Shown here one piece after another: positions 50,919 through 63,231 of a DNA stretch of 64,000 bases (its first letter is position 1; each line of letters starts with the position of its first letter). Source of the DNA: an uncultured Chloroflexia bacterium. Lineage in GTDB: Bacteria; Chloroflexota; Limnocylindria; Limnocylindrales; CSP1-4. Where the stretch lies: positions 1 through 64,000 of the forward strand of contig CAVVYR010000031.1 in assembly GCA_963752475.1 (NCBI GenBank). The letters are read 5' to 3'. Below the pieces are notes generated by a model that saw only the letters and a program-made list of their open reading frames with translations, was not told the origin of the DNA and ran no database searches. Made by a program: the position numbers and the translations under genes.

Positions 50919-52441
50919 CCCTGCCCTCCTGAGAGGTCGGTCGCGGCGGCCCAACCCTTGCTGCGCTCGACCGCGTGATGCCAGCGTCGCACCAACCGGT
51001 CGCGATCGGACTGCGGCATGGCCGGCTCGAAGCGGCGGTCGAGCTGCCAGGTAGCCGCGACCTCGTCGGTCGAGGACCAGAACCCGCTGGCCAGACCGGC
51101 CAGGAAGGCGGCGCCCAGAGCGGTCGTCTCGGTCACCTTCGGGCGCTCGACGGGCACGCGCAGCACGTCCGCCTGGAACTGGAGCAAGGCATCGTTCACG
51201 GCGGCCCCACCGTCCACGCGCAGCGCACCGACCTCGCCGGCCGTGTCGAGGCTCATCGACTCGAGTACGTCGGCCACCTGGAAGGCCATGGCGTCGACGG
51301 TCGCAAGGGCGATGTCCTCGATGCCGGTCCCGAAGCTCAGGCCCACGATGGCTCCGCGCGCATCGGGATCCCAGTGCGGCGCGCCGAGCCCGACGAAGGC
51401 CGGCACCACCACCACGCCCGAGTCACGGTCGCCACGCGCCGCGAGGCGCTCGATATCGGCGCTGGCGCTGATGGCCTTGAGCCCATCGCGCATCCACTGC
51501 ACGGCGGCACCGGCCACGAACACCGAGCCCTCGAGGGCATAGGCCGTCTCGCCACCCTCGCCCAACTGCCACAGCACGGTCGAGAGGAGCCCGTGATCGG
51601 AGGTCACGGGAGCGGTGCCGGTGTTAAGCAGCGCGAAGGCACCGGTGCCATACGTGGACTTGGCCATCCCCGGCTCGAGGCAGGCCTGGCCGAAGGTCGC
51701 CGCCATCTGGTCGCCGGCGATGCCCGCGATGGGGATCGCCGCACCGAGCACGCTCGGGTCGGTCTCCGCGAGGAGGGCAGAGGAGGGACGGACCTCCGGC
51801 AGCAGCGCCTCTGGCACCCCGATGATCTCGCACAACCACGGGTCCCAGCGACCTTCGCGGATGTCGTAGAGCAGCGTGCGGCTGGCGTTGGATACGTCGG
51901 TCAGGTGCGCCCGGCCGCCGGTCAACCGCCAGATGAGAAAGCTATCGACGGTCCCGAAGGCCAGGTCGCCGGCTTCGGCCCGGGCGCGGAGGCCCGCCTC
52001 GGCGTCGAGGATGTGGGCGATCTTGGGGCCGCTGAAGTAGGCGTCGAGGGGCAGCCCGGTGACGGCTCGGACACGCTCCTCGTGCCCGGCCTCCCGGAGC
52101 GCCGCACAACGGTCGGCGGTGATGCGGCTCTGCCACACGATGGCCGGGGCCACGGGTTCACCGCTGGCGCGATCCCAGACCACGGTCGTCTCGCGCTGGT
52201 TGGTGATGCCCAGCGCGGCGATGTCGGCCGCGCCGCCGGGGATGGCCTCGAGCGCCTGACGCGCGACGGCCAGCTGGCTATTCCAGATGTCCTCAGGATC
52301 GTGCGTCACGTGGCCCGGGAAGGGATAGCCCTGTGGGTACTCCTGTTGGGCTACGGCCACGGTCCCACCATCACGGTCGAAGACGATGGCCCGTGAGGAG
52401 GTCGTGCCCTGATCGAGGGCGAGGATGAAGTCGGCTCCCAT
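50915..52441 (-). CDS. glpK: Glycerol kinase
   Basis: LDQGTTSSR, ITNQRET, TDVSNASRT, GLGAPHW. Confidence 0.96.
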   Translation of the reverse strand: MGADFILALDQGTTSSRAIVFDRDGGTVAVAQQEYPQGYPFPGHVTHDPEDIWNSQLAVARQALEAIPGGAADIAALGITNQRETTVVWDRASGEPVAPAIVWQSRITADRCAALREAGHEERVRAVTGLPLDAYFSGPKIAHILDAEAGLRARAEAGDLAFGTVDSFLIWRLTGGRAHLTDVSNASRTLLYDIREGRWDPWLCEIIGVPEALLPEVRPSSALLAETDPSVLGAAIPIAGIAGDQMAATFGQACLEPGMAKSTYGTGAFALLNTGTAPVTSDHGLLSTVLWQLGEGGETAYALEGSVFVAGAAVQWMRDGLKAISASADIERLAARGDRDSGVVVVPAFVGLGAPHWDPDARGAIVGLSFGTGIEDIALATVDAMAFQVADVLESMSLDTAGEVGALRVDGGAAVNDALLQFQADVLRVPVERPKVTETTALGAAFLAGLASGFWSSTDEVAATWQLDRRFEPAMPQSDRDRLVRRWHHAVERSKGWAAATDLSGGQG

Positions 52442-52465
52442 GCCGGGTCCCTCCGATTCGGTGCG

Positions 52466-54091
52466 CTAGGCGCCCGGGACGTCGTACTCGCGTCGCGCGG
52501 TCTCGAGATACTGCGCCACCTCGGCCGCCTGTCGCTCGGCGTCCCAGCCAAGGCGCAGGCCCATGATGGCGGCCACCCGAGGGGCGATGGACTCACCTCG
52601 GTCGCGGCGCGACATCGACAGGCGCATGCGGCGCGAGAGCACGTCGTCGAGGCTCAGCGCCAGTTCCTGCTCGACGGCCCAGGCGACCTCCGCCTCCAGC
52701 TCGGTGCGGTCCTCGGCCAGCGGACGCAGCAGGTCCTGCTCCTGACCCATGGCCATGACTTCGGAGGCACGCGTGCCATGGCGGTCGACGAGCTCGGACG
52801 CGCGTTGGTGGTCGAGGCCGCTGTCGCGGGCGATCTCGTCGACCAGCCGGTCGAGACGCTCGCGTGGCGCGGCCCCCAGCAGGGGTCGGTCGGCGGTCTG
52901 GCTCTGCGGCATGGGGTCCTCGCCGTCGAGCACGTAGTCGACCGCGTCCCGCGCCATCAGCCGGTACGTCGTGTACTTGCCGCCCGACACGCGCACGAGG
53001 CCGCTGGCCTCACGATGGATGGTGTGCTCGCGACTGACGCGCGCGGTGTCACCTCCGGGAGCCCCCACGAGCGGCCGCAGGCCGGCGAAGGCGCCGACGG
53101 CATCCTCGCGCTTCAGATCCGCCTCCAGCACGCCGTTGACGTTCTCCAGGATCTCGTCCACATCGTCGAGCGTGGGTGCCGGACGGTCCGGGCCACCCTC
53201 ATCGGCGACGTCGGTCGTGCCCACCAGCCAGACCCCGGGATGGGGGATGATGAACAGGACGCGCCCGGGGACTCGCAGCGTCATGCCGGTCTTGAGCGGC
53301 AAGCGACCACGCTCGAAGACGAGGTGGGTACCACGGCTGGGCACGAGCTTCATGGTCGAGCCACCGAGGCGAGCATCAGGGTCGCCCAGCCAGACGCCGG
53401 TCGCGTCGATGACCTTCGTAGCTCGGACATCCGACTCCTGCCCGCCGATGAGGTCCTTGACCTTCAGGCCGGAGACGGCGCCACGGCGGTCGGTCAGGAG
53501 GTCGGTCACGCGGGTGCGAGTCACCGCGGTGGCACCCTGCTCGATCGCGGTCAGAGCCACGGCGATGCTGTAGCGCGCGTCGTCTTCGACGGCATCGGAG
53601 TAGGTCACACCGCCACGCAGGCCGTCGCGCTTGATGTCGGGGATGAGCTCCGCCACCGCGCCCGATCCGAGGTGGTGTGCTCGCCCGCCATCGCGGGCGG
53701 CACCGAGCAGGTCGTAGAGCGTGAGCCCCGCACCCATGAAGGCTCGGTGCACGAGCGGCCAGCCGTAGACCGGGAAGAGGAAGCGCTCGAGCTTGACCAG
53801 GTGCGGCGCCAACGCAAGCAGCCGGGAACGCTCAGCGAGGGCCTCACGCACCAGCTGCAGGCGGAAGTCCTCGAGGTAACGCAGGCCGCCGTGGATGAGC
53901 CGGGATGAGCGCGACGACGTCCCGACGGCGAGATCGTCCTGCTCGATGAGGGCGGCCTTGAGACCGCGGGAGGTGGCGTCGAGGAGGGCGCCGGAGCCGA
54001 CGATGCCGCCGCCGATGATGAGCACGTCCCAGGTCTCGTTCGCAAGGCGTGCCAGTGCGCCCTCGCGTGCGGTAAGGGGTGCGCTCGTCAC
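52466..54091 (-). CDS. glpD: FAD-dependent glycerol-3-phosphate dehydrogenase
   Basis: GGGIVG, GTSSRSSRLIHGGLRYL, GLRPL, GGKYTTYR. Confidence 0.93.
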   Translation of the reverse strand: MTSAPLTAREGALARLANETWDVLIIGGGIVGSGALLDATSRGLKAALIEQDDLAVGTSSRSSRLIHGGLRYLEDFRLQLVREALAERSRLLALAPHLVKLERFLFPVYGWPLVHRAFMGAGLTLYDLLGAARDGGRAHHLGSGAVAELIPDIKRDGLRGGVTYSDAVEDDARYSIAVALTAIEQGATAVTRTRVTDLLTDRRGAVSGLKVKDLIGGQESDVRATKVIDATGVWLGDPDARLGGSTMKLVPSRGTHLVFERGRLPLKTGMTLRVPGRVLFIIPHPGVWLVGTTDVADEGGPDRPAPTLDDVDEILENVNGVLEADLKREDAVGAFAGLRPLVGAPGGDTARVSREHTIHREASGLVRVSGGKYTTYRLMARDAVDYVLDGEDPMPQSQTADRPLLGAAPRERLDRLVDEIARDSGLDHQRASELVDRHGTRASEVMAMGQEQDLLRPLAEDRTELEAEVAWAVEQELALSLDDVLSRRMRLSMSRRDRGESIAPRVAAIMGLRLGWDAERQAAEVAQYLETARREYDVPGA

Positions 54092-54114
54092 GGGATCCTC
54101 CTGGGTCGAGTCGG

Positions 54115-55152
54115 TCAGGCGGTAGCGGTCGCCCGGGCCGCGCCGACCGGCGCCGCCGCACGCAGTCGCTCGGCCGCGTCTTCGGCGTTGATATCGCGTT
54201 GCGGTTCGCTGAGCAGCTCGTAGCCGACCATGAACTTGCGCTTGGTGGCCTCGAGCAGCGGGGGCATGAAGTGAGCATGCACCTGCCACGGCTCTGTGGG
54301 GTCGCTGCCGAAGGGCGCCTGATGCCAGCCCATGGAGAACGGCATGGGCTGCTCGAAGAGCGCGTCGTAGCGCTGCATCAGCCGCTGCATCGTCTGTGCC
54401 AGGCCGGCACGCTGAGCCTCGTCGAGGTCGGAGATGCGGGCGGCCGGTCGCTTGGGCACGAGCAGCGTCTCGAACGGCCACACCGCCCAGAACGGCACCA
54501 GCGCGAGCCACTCCTCGCCGTCCTCCACGACCCGCTGACCGCCCTGCTCCTGCTCGACCACATCGAGGAGGAGCTGGCGGCCCTCGGCCTCGAAGTAGTG
54601 GCGCTGCGAGGCATCCTCACGCGCGGCGTACTCGGGCAAGGCGGCACCCGACCAGATCTGGCCGTGTGGATGCGGATTGGAGGCGCCCATGGCCGCACCT
54701 CGATTCTCGAAGATCTGGACCCAGCGCCAGTCGCGACCGAGATCGGTGCTCTGCTGTGCCCACATCTCGATGACCTCGCGCACGGCCGCCGGCGCCATGC
54801 GCGTGAGCGTCAGATCGTGGCGCGGGGAGAAGCAGAGGACACGGCAGGTGCCCGGCTGGGACTCCGCTCGCAACAGCCCATCGTGGTAGACATCTTCACC
54901 GGCATCGGGGCGCAGGGCCGCGAAGTCGTTGGTGAAGACGTAGGTGGAGTCGTACCGCGGGTTCTGCTCGCCGCTGACCCGGGTGTTGCCGGGGCAGAGG
55001 TAGCAGTCGGGGTCGAAGCTGGGGCGGTCGTCGGCCACGACGCGACGTTCCTTGCTGCCTTGCCAGGGGCGCTTCGTGCGTCCCGCGGAGACGAGTACCC
55101 AGCGATCGCCGAGGGGATCGTAGCGGCGATGCGGTCCGGTCGGGAGGGGCAT
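54115..55152 (-). CDS. galT: Galactose-1-phosphate uridylyltransferase
   Basis: HRRYDPL, CYLCPGN, MGASNPHPHGQ, KFMVGYE. Confidence 0.96.
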   Translation of the reverse strand: MPLPTGPHRRYDPLGDRWVLVSAGRTKRPWQGSKERRVVADDRPSFDPDCYLCPGNTRVSGEQNPRYDSTYVFTNDFAALRPDAGEDVYHDGLLRAESQPGTCRVLCFSPRHDLTLTRMAPAAVREVIEMWAQQSTDLGRDWRWVQIFENRGAAMGASNPHPHGQIWSGAALPEYAAREDASQRHYFEAEGRQLLLDVVEQEQGGQRVVEDGEEWLALVPFWAVWPFETLLVPKRPAARISDLDEAQRAGLAQTMQRLMQRYDALFEQPMPFSMGWHQAPFGSDPTEPWQVHAHFMPPLLEATKRKFMVGYELLSEPQRDINAEDAAERLRAAAPVGAARATATA

Positions 55153-55154
55153 GC

Positions 55155-55975
55155 TCAGGCGCCCACCGCCGATCTCGACACCCGACGGAGCCTGGCTCTC
55201 CCCGGGTCCGGTGAGCAGGACCGTTCCGACCCGTTCCTCGAGGATGCGACAGGCATCGAGGCCCGAGGGCGTCGTCGGTGATGACGACATCGGCCCGGTC
55301 GAGCCGGGCGATGGTGCTCACGCCGGTCACGCCCCACTTCGTATGGTCGGCCGTGACCACCAGGCGGGCGCCCGCATCGATGAGGGCCTGGTTCGTCTCG
55401 GCCTCGAGCATGTTGGGCGTGGTGAAGCCCGCGCGCTCGTGCATGCCGTGGACGCCGAGGAAGACGAGGTCGACGTTGACGTTGCGCAAGGCGCTCACGG
55501 CGAAGGGTCCGACGAGCGCGTCCGAGGGTGTGCGCACCCCGCCGGTGAGGATGATGGTCTGGTCGCTGCGACCGCCGTGGTAGAGCACCTCCGCTGCCGG
55601 CACCGAGTTGGTCACGACGGTCAGGCGCGGGATCTCCACCAGGCGCCGGCTGACCTCGTAGGTCGTGCTGCCGGCCGAGACCGCCACCGCCATGCCCGGC
55701 TCGACCATGGCCGCGGCCGTGCGCGCGATCGCCAGCTTGGCGTCGTGCTCGAGCGTGCGCTTGGTGTCGAAGCCCGGCTCGTGGACGGCCGACTCGCGGA
55801 GCAGCGTGGCCCCGCCGTGGACCTTGACCAGGTGACCCTGGCTCTCGAGGGCTTCGAGATCACGACGCACGGTCATGTCGGAGACGTCGAGCTCGCGCAT
55901 GAGGTCCGACACGCGCACGGCACCATCAGCTCGCAGCCGCTCGAGGATGAATGCGTGTCGCTGTGGCGCCAGCAC
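55155..55975 (-). CDS. DeoR/GlpR family transcriptional regulator (3' frameshift near 55260)
   Basis: VSDMTVRRDL, VHGGA, AGSTT, TNS; RBS GGAGG. Confidence 0.9.
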
Positions 55976-56027
55976 GGTGCAGCTACCTCCCTGGTGCGTC
56001 GGCAGATGCACGCCGATAGTGACGGCT

Positions 56028-56166
56028 AATCCGACAGAAGTCAACGTCGGAGTGACAGGACCATACGAGCGCCGCGACAAGAAAACGGTTGACAATCCGA
56101 CACCAGCCGGCGCACAATCGAGCCTGAACCGTGTTGGTTTCTGTTGGACCGTTGGGAGTTCCAACA
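56028..56166. promoter_or_regulatory. Sigma70-type promoter for the ABC operon with putative DeoR operators
   Basis: TTGACA (56089-56094), 18 nt, CACAAT (56113-56118); repeated CCRACA/TGTTGG half-sites. Confidence 0.6.
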
Positions 56167-56184
56167 GCATAGGAGGAGGAACAC

Positions 56185-57504
56185 ATGGCGTTCCCTGAGA
56201 CTCGCGCGCGCCGTCGGCTGACGGTCGCCGCGACCGCGCTCGCCACGGCGGCCCTGGTGGGCTCGAGCATCGCCGTCGCCGCGCAGGACGACGTCACCGT
56301 GACCTTCCGGACCCGCCCGGACAACGAAGCCGAGGCGCAGGTCTACCGGGACATCGCGGCGCAGATCTCCGAGCAGCTCGACGGCATTACCGTGGAGTAC
56401 CAAGCCGGCGGCACGGAGACGGCCGGATATCAGGACACGCTGAAGACCGAGGCCGCCGCAGGCACGGCACCCGATCTCTTCTGGATCCCCGGTACCGACG
56501 TTGCGGACTTCGCGACCCGCGGCATCATCGGTGACATGCGCTCGTATGCTGACGCCACCGACGGCTACAGCGACGACGACTTCTATCCAGGTCCGATGTA
56601 CCACATGACCTTCGATCCCGAGAGCGGTGAGCCGGGTGGCCCACTGTGGGGTCTGCCGCGTGACGTCTCTACGTTCGCGCTCTACCTGAACCTTGACCTG
56701 CTGGCCGAGGCCGGTGCGGAGGATCCGCGCGAGCTGGCCGCCAACGGCGAGTGGACATGGGACGCCTTCGGGGAGGTCGGCGAGGCCGTGGCCGCGCTCG
56801 GCAGCGACGTCAAGGCCTATGGAGCCAACGCATGGTGGGGTCCGTATGGCGTCTGGCTGAATGGCGCCGGTGGTGGCTTCTTCAATGAGGCCCGCGACGC
56901 CTGCGCGCTCGACACGCCCGAGTCCATCGCTGGACTCGAGCAGCTGGTCGATGTCTACGCCAAGGACAACTTCGCGGTGGCCTACGGCGAGGACTCCGAG
57001 CCGCCCTTCCTGGCCGGCAACGTGGGCATGTTCCAGAACGGCCGCTGGGCCACACCGAACATGCGTGCCAACGCCAACTTCGATTGGGACGTGGTGACTC
57101 TGCCGGATGGTCCAGTGCCCGGCGGCAATTGGCTCTTCTGGGGCGCCTACACCGTGAACGCCGCTTCGGAGCACCCCGAGGAGGCATGGCAGGTGCTCTA
57201 CGCACTGACGGACCCGGAGGTCCAGAAGACGGTCTCAGAGCTGGGTGCCAACATCCCGAGCCGCGTGGGCCAGCAGGGCATCGACGACTTCATGACCTTC
57301 ACCCCGCCGGAGAACAACCAGGCCTTCCTCGACGGTCTGGCCAACAACAGCGTGGCTGAGGGTCCGCTGTGGGCCGGCAGCTGGCCGCAGTTCGACCAGG
57401 TCATGGGCCCCGCCATCCAGGGTGTCGTCAACGGCGACATCAGCGTGGAGGAGTTCCAGGCCACCATCTGCGCCGACGCCAACGCCGCCGCGTTCGGCGA
57501 CTGA
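56185..57504 (+). CDS. Sugar ABC transporter substrate-binding protein
   Basis: Signal peptide, APDLF, GLPRD, WTWD; strong RBS. Confidence 0.93.
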   Translation: MAFPETRARRRLTVAATALATAALVGSSIAVAAQDDVTVTFRTRPDNEAEAQVYRDIAAQISEQLDGITVEYQAGGTETAGYQDTLKTEAAAGTAPDLFWIPGTDVADFATRGIIGDMRSYADATDGYSDDDFYPGPMYHMTFDPESGEPGGPLWGLPRDVSTFALYLNLDLLAEAGAEDPRELAANGEWTWDAFGEVGEAVAALGSDVKAYGANAWWGPYGVWLNGAGGGFFNEARDACALDTPESIAGLEQLVDVYAKDNFAVAYGEDSEPPFLAGNVGMFQNGRWATPNMRANANFDWDVVTLPDGPVPGGNWLFWGAYTVNAASEHPEEAWQVLYALTDPEVQKTVSELGANIPSRVGQQGIDDFMTFTPPENNQAFLDGLANNSVAEGPLWAGSWPQFDQVMGPAIQGVVNGDISVEEFQATICADANAAAFGD

Positions 57505-57517
57505 TCCCATAACGAAG

Positions 57518-57548
57518 GGCACGGAGCTGGCGCCGCCCGCTCCGTGCC
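57518..57548 (+). terminator. Intergenic hairpin after SBP gene
   Basis: GGCACGGAGC...GCTCCGTGCC inverted repeat. Confidence 0.55.
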
Positions 57549-57591
57549 ATCACCTCACACATAACTAGTACCTACTGGGGCACTAGCGCGC

Positions 57592-59301
57592 ATGTCCGTC
57601 CAGACGGCAGACCCACGAGGCTCCGCGCTCTCTTCGGTGCCGTCACCCCGTGACCCGCTCGGAGGACTGAAGCGCGGGCTGCTCACGCTCGTCCCCATCC
57701 TGCAGGCGGTCCTGACGGTCGCCGGCGCCGGCGCCGTCATCGCGCTCCTGCTAGCCGGCGACCTGGGCCTGCCGCTCCCCCTCTACCTATTCGTGCTCGC
57801 GGTCCCGGCGCTGTTTGCGCTGGCCGCCGGCGCGTCGACGGTGTGGACCTTCCAGCGCACCGCTCGCGGTCGCGTCGCGGCCATCATCGTCGACTACCTG
57901 GCTTTCCTGACCGCCTTCCTGCTGCTGCTGCACCTGCAAGGCGTCTTCATCGGCTTTGGTGACTTGGCGGACGTCTTCGCGGCGTCGCTGCCGTGGCTGG
58001 CGGTCGCGCTCGTGGCCTATCTAGTGGGCCAAACCACCGAGTGGACGGTCAATCGGCCCACCGCCACGAGGGTCATCACCCTCGTGCGCTACGGACTGTT
58101 CGCGGTCGCGGGCATCGGGTTCCTGGCCGCCATCGATGCCGTCCACGGCGCGCTGGAGTTGCTGCGGGGCCTGGCCGACCCGGTCAACCTCGGGCTGGCC
58201 ATCGCCAGCGTCGTGCTGCTCGCCTTCGTGGTCGCGCTCTGGGGCACCGAGGGCAGAGTCCGCTACGGTGCCACGCTCGGCGACAACGAGCTACTTGACG
58301 GGGTCATGCTCATCTCGCCCAACCTCCTGGGCTTCCTGGGCTTCTTCGCTGGTCCGCTGCTATTCAGCCTCTACGTCAGCCTCACCGACTGGGACGCCTT
58401 CAGCGACCCCGTGTTCCTGGGCTTCGAGAACTACCTCGAACTGCTCTCCATCCAACTCCTCTGGCTGAGCGACCCCTCGGTCCTGCTGCCCGCCGAGATG
58501 AACGAAGGCTTCTCCGAGGTCTTCCGGCTCGGTCCGCTGATGATGGCGGCCAAGGACAAGCTCTTCTGGCTGTCGCTGCGGAACATCTTCGTCTTCGGCC
58601 TCATCGCCATCCCGCTTGCGGTCATCCCGGCGCTCTTCATCGCCTCGCTGCTCAATTCCCGCGTGCGCGGCATCCGGATCTTCCGGACCATCTACTTCAT
58701 CCCTACCGTTGCCGGCATCGTGGGCGTGGCCATCATCTGGAAGCAACTCCTGGACCAGACCGTCGGGTGGATCAACTACGGCGTCACGCTCACGGTCGAC
58801 TTCCTCAACGGCACTCTCGGCCTGTCCCTCGAGGATCCCAGGATCGCCTGGCTTTCCGATCCGGTCACAGCACTGCCGATCATCGCGATCGTCTTCGCCT
58901 GGACCACCGTCGGATTCAACTCGGTCATCTATCTGGCGGGCATGCAGGGCATCCCCGCCGACCTCTACGAGGCCGCCACCATCGACGGCGCCAATCGCTG
59001 GCAGCGCTTCATCCACATCACCATCCCCTCGGTCTCGGCCACGACGTTCTTCGTCATCGCGACAACGACCATCCTGGCCTTCCAGCTCTTCACCGAGGTG
59101 TGGGTCCTGACGGGAGGCGTCCAGCCTCCGGGCGGTCCTAACAACGCGACCATGACGCCGGCCCTGTACCTCTACAACTCGGGCTTCCAGAACTTCGAGT
59201 TCGGGTATGCGTCGGCGATCGCCTGGGCGCTCTTCGCGATCATCTTCGTCTTCACTCTGATGCAATTCCGGCGACAGCGAGCGGAGGCCCAAGGTGTCTG
59301 A
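57592..59301 (+). CDS. Sugar ABC permease with N-terminal TM extension
   Basis: LYEAATIDGA EAA loop, FGYASAIAW. Confidence 0.92.
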   Translation: MSVQTADPRGSALSSVPSPRDPLGGLKRGLLTLVPILQAVLTVAGAGAVIALLLAGDLGLPLPLYLFVLAVPALFALAAGASTVWTFQRTARGRVAAIIVDYLAFLTAFLLLLHLQGVFIGFGDLADVFAASLPWLAVALVAYLVGQTTEWTVNRPTATRVITLVRYGLFAVAGIGFLAAIDAVHGALELLRGLADPVNLGLAIASVVLLAFVVALWGTEGRVRYGATLGDNELLDGVMLISPNLLGFLGFFAGPLLFSLYVSLTDWDAFSDPVFLGFENYLELLSIQLLWLSDPSVLLPAEMNEGFSEVFRLGPLMMAAKDKLFWLSLRNIFVFGLIAIPLAVIPALFIASLLNSRVRGIRIFRTIYFIPTVAGIVGVAIIWKQLLDQTVGWINYGVTLTVDFLNGTLGLSLEDPRIAWLSDPVTALPIIAIVFAWTTVGFNSVIYLAGMQGIPADLYEAATIDGANRWQRFIHITIPSVSATTFFVIATTTILAFQLFTEVWVLTGGVQPPGGPNNATMTPALYLYNSGFQNFEFGYASAIAWALFAIIFVFTLMQFRRQRAEAQGV

Positions 59302-60533
59302 GCAGAGCAGGACCCCGCGCGCTCCGCAGGCCACCACCTGGAGCCGTCTCCAGCCTCGGGCCAGGCTCCTGGGCACCTATCTACTGCTCATCGTCGTGGG
59401 CCTCGTGTTCGTCTTCCCCTTCGTGTTCATGGCTGCGACTTCGCTCAAGACCAGCGACGAGGTCTTCCGCTATCCCCCGCGCCTGCTGCCGTCCGAGACG
59501 GTCCTGGCCGTGGTCGCAGGGGAGGAGGTACCGCTCTACCAGATCACGGTGGATGGCACCACCATGGAGATGGCGGCCCTGGAGACGGGCATCCGCGCGG
59601 GCGTCTTCGCTGACGCCGCCTCGCCGGAGGAGACCCGGGCATGGCCGCTCGACCTGGCCACACCCGTGCTCGATGCGTCGGGCGAGGAGGTGACCCAGGA
59701 GGTCGGAGGCGAGTCGCTGCCGCTCTACGACGTGGCCTACGAGGGAGGGATCGAGCGCCAGGTCCTGACCCGCAACACCTCGGTCGCACGCTTCGTCCTG
59801 CCGGAGGACCCGAGCGTCACCGCCTACGGGGTGCTGCGAACCTCGACGCCGGTCGAGCGTCCCACGGCCCATCCAGAGAACTTCTCCACCGTGCTTGAGA
59901 AGGAGGGCTTCGGCCGCAACGTGACCAACACCATCCTGGTGACGCTCGCCGTGGTCTTCGGGCAGCTCTTCACTTCGATCCTCGGCGGCTACGCCTTCGC
60001 CCGCATCAGGTTCCCCTTCCGCAACGCGCTGTTCCTGGTGTACCTGGGCTCGATCATGGTGCCCTTCGTGGTGCTCATCATCCCGCTCTACCAGCTCATG
60101 GTCGGCATCGGCTGGGTCGACAGCATCCCGGCCCTGATCTTCCCTTGGGTCTTCAGCGCGTACGGCACCTTCCTGATGCGCCAGTTCTTCATCACTATCC
60201 CCAAGGAGCTGGAGGAGGCGGCCTTCATCGATGGAGCCAGTCGTTGGACGATCCTGTGGCGCATCTACGTGCCGCTCAGCCTGCCCGCCCTGGCGACCCT
60301 GGGCACTTTCGCCTTCCTCTACGCCTGGAACAGCTTCGTATGGCCCTTCGTCGTCATCAGCACGGGCAACGATGCTGCGCAGGTCATCACGGTGGCCCTG
60401 ACCCAGTTCAGTGGGCGGGCCGCAGTCTCGCCGCAGCTGGTCTTCGCGGGCGTCGTCATCGCCGTCTCGTTCCCGATCCTGGTCTTCATCATCGTTCAAC
60501 GCTACTACCAAGCCAACGTCGCTTCGAGCGGCA

Positions 60534-60541
<8 letters not shown>
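59294..60541 (+). CDS. Sugar ABC permease with extracytoplasmic insertion
   Basis: GYAFAR, ELEEAAFIDGA, WNSF. Confidence 0.92.
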
Positions 60542-61724
<1,183 letters not shown>

Positions 61725-61785
61725 GAGCCCGATGGTATGCGGCTACACAGCCTGTCGCATGGAGTTCTGGTAGGTTGTCGGCGCT

Positions 61786-62796
61786 GTGAGTCGTCGATCC
61801 CTCCTGATGGCAGCGCTGTGCGCGAGCCTGTTGCTGCCTGGTGCTGCCCCTGCCGTCGCCGAAGAGCCTTCCCCCTATGGGCTCGAGGAAGTCTGGGCGC
61901 CGGTGGCAGCCAAGACCGACAAGGGCAAACGGCCGAAGGTCAACTTCAAGGTCGGGGACTGGAAGCTGAAGAAGCTCAAGTGGAAGAACCTGCGCTTCAA
62001 CGGCGGTCAGCCGCTGGCCATCGAGACCGAGGGGCCGCAGGACGACCAGGCCATCCCCATGCGCCCCCTGGGCGTGGACGGCGCCCTCGTCTACAACCCG
62101 ACCGTGCTCGCGCAGCAGGGCATGAAGCGGCTGGACACATACCTGCAGACCGGGAACAAGTACCACCTGCGTCAGGCGCGCAAGTACGCGAACAAGCTCA
62201 AGGACCTCTCCGATGGCGGCAAGAAGCGTCGCTGGCAGCCGCACTGGTACGACCTCAGCGTCCATGAGAAGGGCTGGGTCAACTCCAACTCGCACGGCCT
62301 GACGCTCTCGTTCGTGTCGCGCTACCACAAGATCACCGGCGCCAAGAAGAAGCTGCGACAGGCCAGGAAGCTGATGGCCGCCTTCGAGCAGCGGCCCAAG
62401 AACCAACGCTGGTTCAGCGACGTCACGGCCAAGCGATACATCTGGTTCGAGCACTGGCCTGACGGCCGCAACGACCGCACGCTCAACGCGCACATCAACG
62501 CCCTCTTCGGCATCTACGACTACTGGCGCGTGACGGACGATCCGCTCGCGGAGGTCTACCTTCTGGGCGGTCTCAAGACCGTGCGTGACAAGCTCTACCG
62601 CTTCCGGCGCAAGGGCGAGCTCTCGAGATACAGCCTGGAGGGCACCACGGGCTCGCTGCACTACCACGAGACGCATATCGAGCAGTTGCGCATCCTGGCC
62701 AAGATGACCGGCGACAAGTGGTTCGAAAGGCAGGCCGACCGGTTCCAGCGAGACGAAGACAAGTGGAAGGCGAAGTACCGCGGCGGCGGACGCTAG
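61786..62796 (+). CDS. Secreted D-glucuronyl C5-epimerase C-terminal-domain-like protein
   Basis: YNPTVLAQ, WFEHW...LNAHINALFGIYDY, SRYSL, YHETHIEQL. Confidence 0.75.
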   Translation: MSRRSLLMAALCASLLLPGAAPAVAEEPSPYGLEEVWAPVAAKTDKGKRPKVNFKVGDWKLKKLKWKNLRFNGGQPLAIETEGPQDDQAIPMRPLGVDGALVYNPTVLAQQGMKRLDTYLQTGNKYHLRQARKYANKLKDLSDGGKKRRWQPHWYDLSVHEKGWVNSNSHGLTLSFVSRYHKITGAKKKLRQARKLMAAFEQRPKNQRWFSDVTAKRYIWFEHWPDGRNDRTLNAHINALFGIYDYWRVTDDPLAEVYLLGGLKTVRDKLYRFRRKGELSRYSLEGTTGSLHYHETHIEQLRILAKMTGDKWFERQADRFQRDEDKWKAKYRGGGR

Positions 62797-62904
62797 GCGC
62801 GCGACGCTCGCGGGATCCTCGCGCTACGATGACCCCAGCGGCGGTCGTGCACGGCATTCGCTCTTGCACCAGAAGCTGACCGACCATGGCGGAGGGACTC
62901 CCTG

Positions 62905-63150
62905 ATGATGGACATGATCCAGCGGATCATCGGACTTGCGATCGGCGTGATCGTGACCCTGATCCTGCTCGTAGCGATGACCGACGTGACCATGGACCAA
63001 GCCATCGTGCCGCTCATCATCGGCGCGGTCGCGGCCTTCTTCTGGCCCATCGTCATCGCCTGGTACCTCGTCCGCCGCGCCAAGGCACGGCGCGAGAGCA
63101 ATATCCAGAACGAGGTCAGCCGTCAGATCGACCAGCAGAAGCGCGGCTAG
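62905..63150 (+). CDS. Small membrane protein
   Basis: RBS GGAGG; two TM helices. Confidence 0.75.
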   Translation: MMDMIQRIIGLAIGVIVTLILLVAMTDVTMDQAIVPLIIGAVAAFFWPIVIAWYLVRRAKARRESNIQNEVSRQIDQQKRG

Positions 63151-63231
63151 CCTTCGTCGGCGACGACAGGGCTTCGTCGCCGTCGCCTCTCCGGCCGGCG
63201 CATCGGCGCCGGCCGACCCATGTCTGACGGC

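Noticed and set aside
54115-55975. DeoR-GalT fusion
   Set aside because: The DeoR tail is in frame with galT only after one indel; a TGA at 55155-55157 just before the galT ATG suggests two genes and a further sequencing indel.
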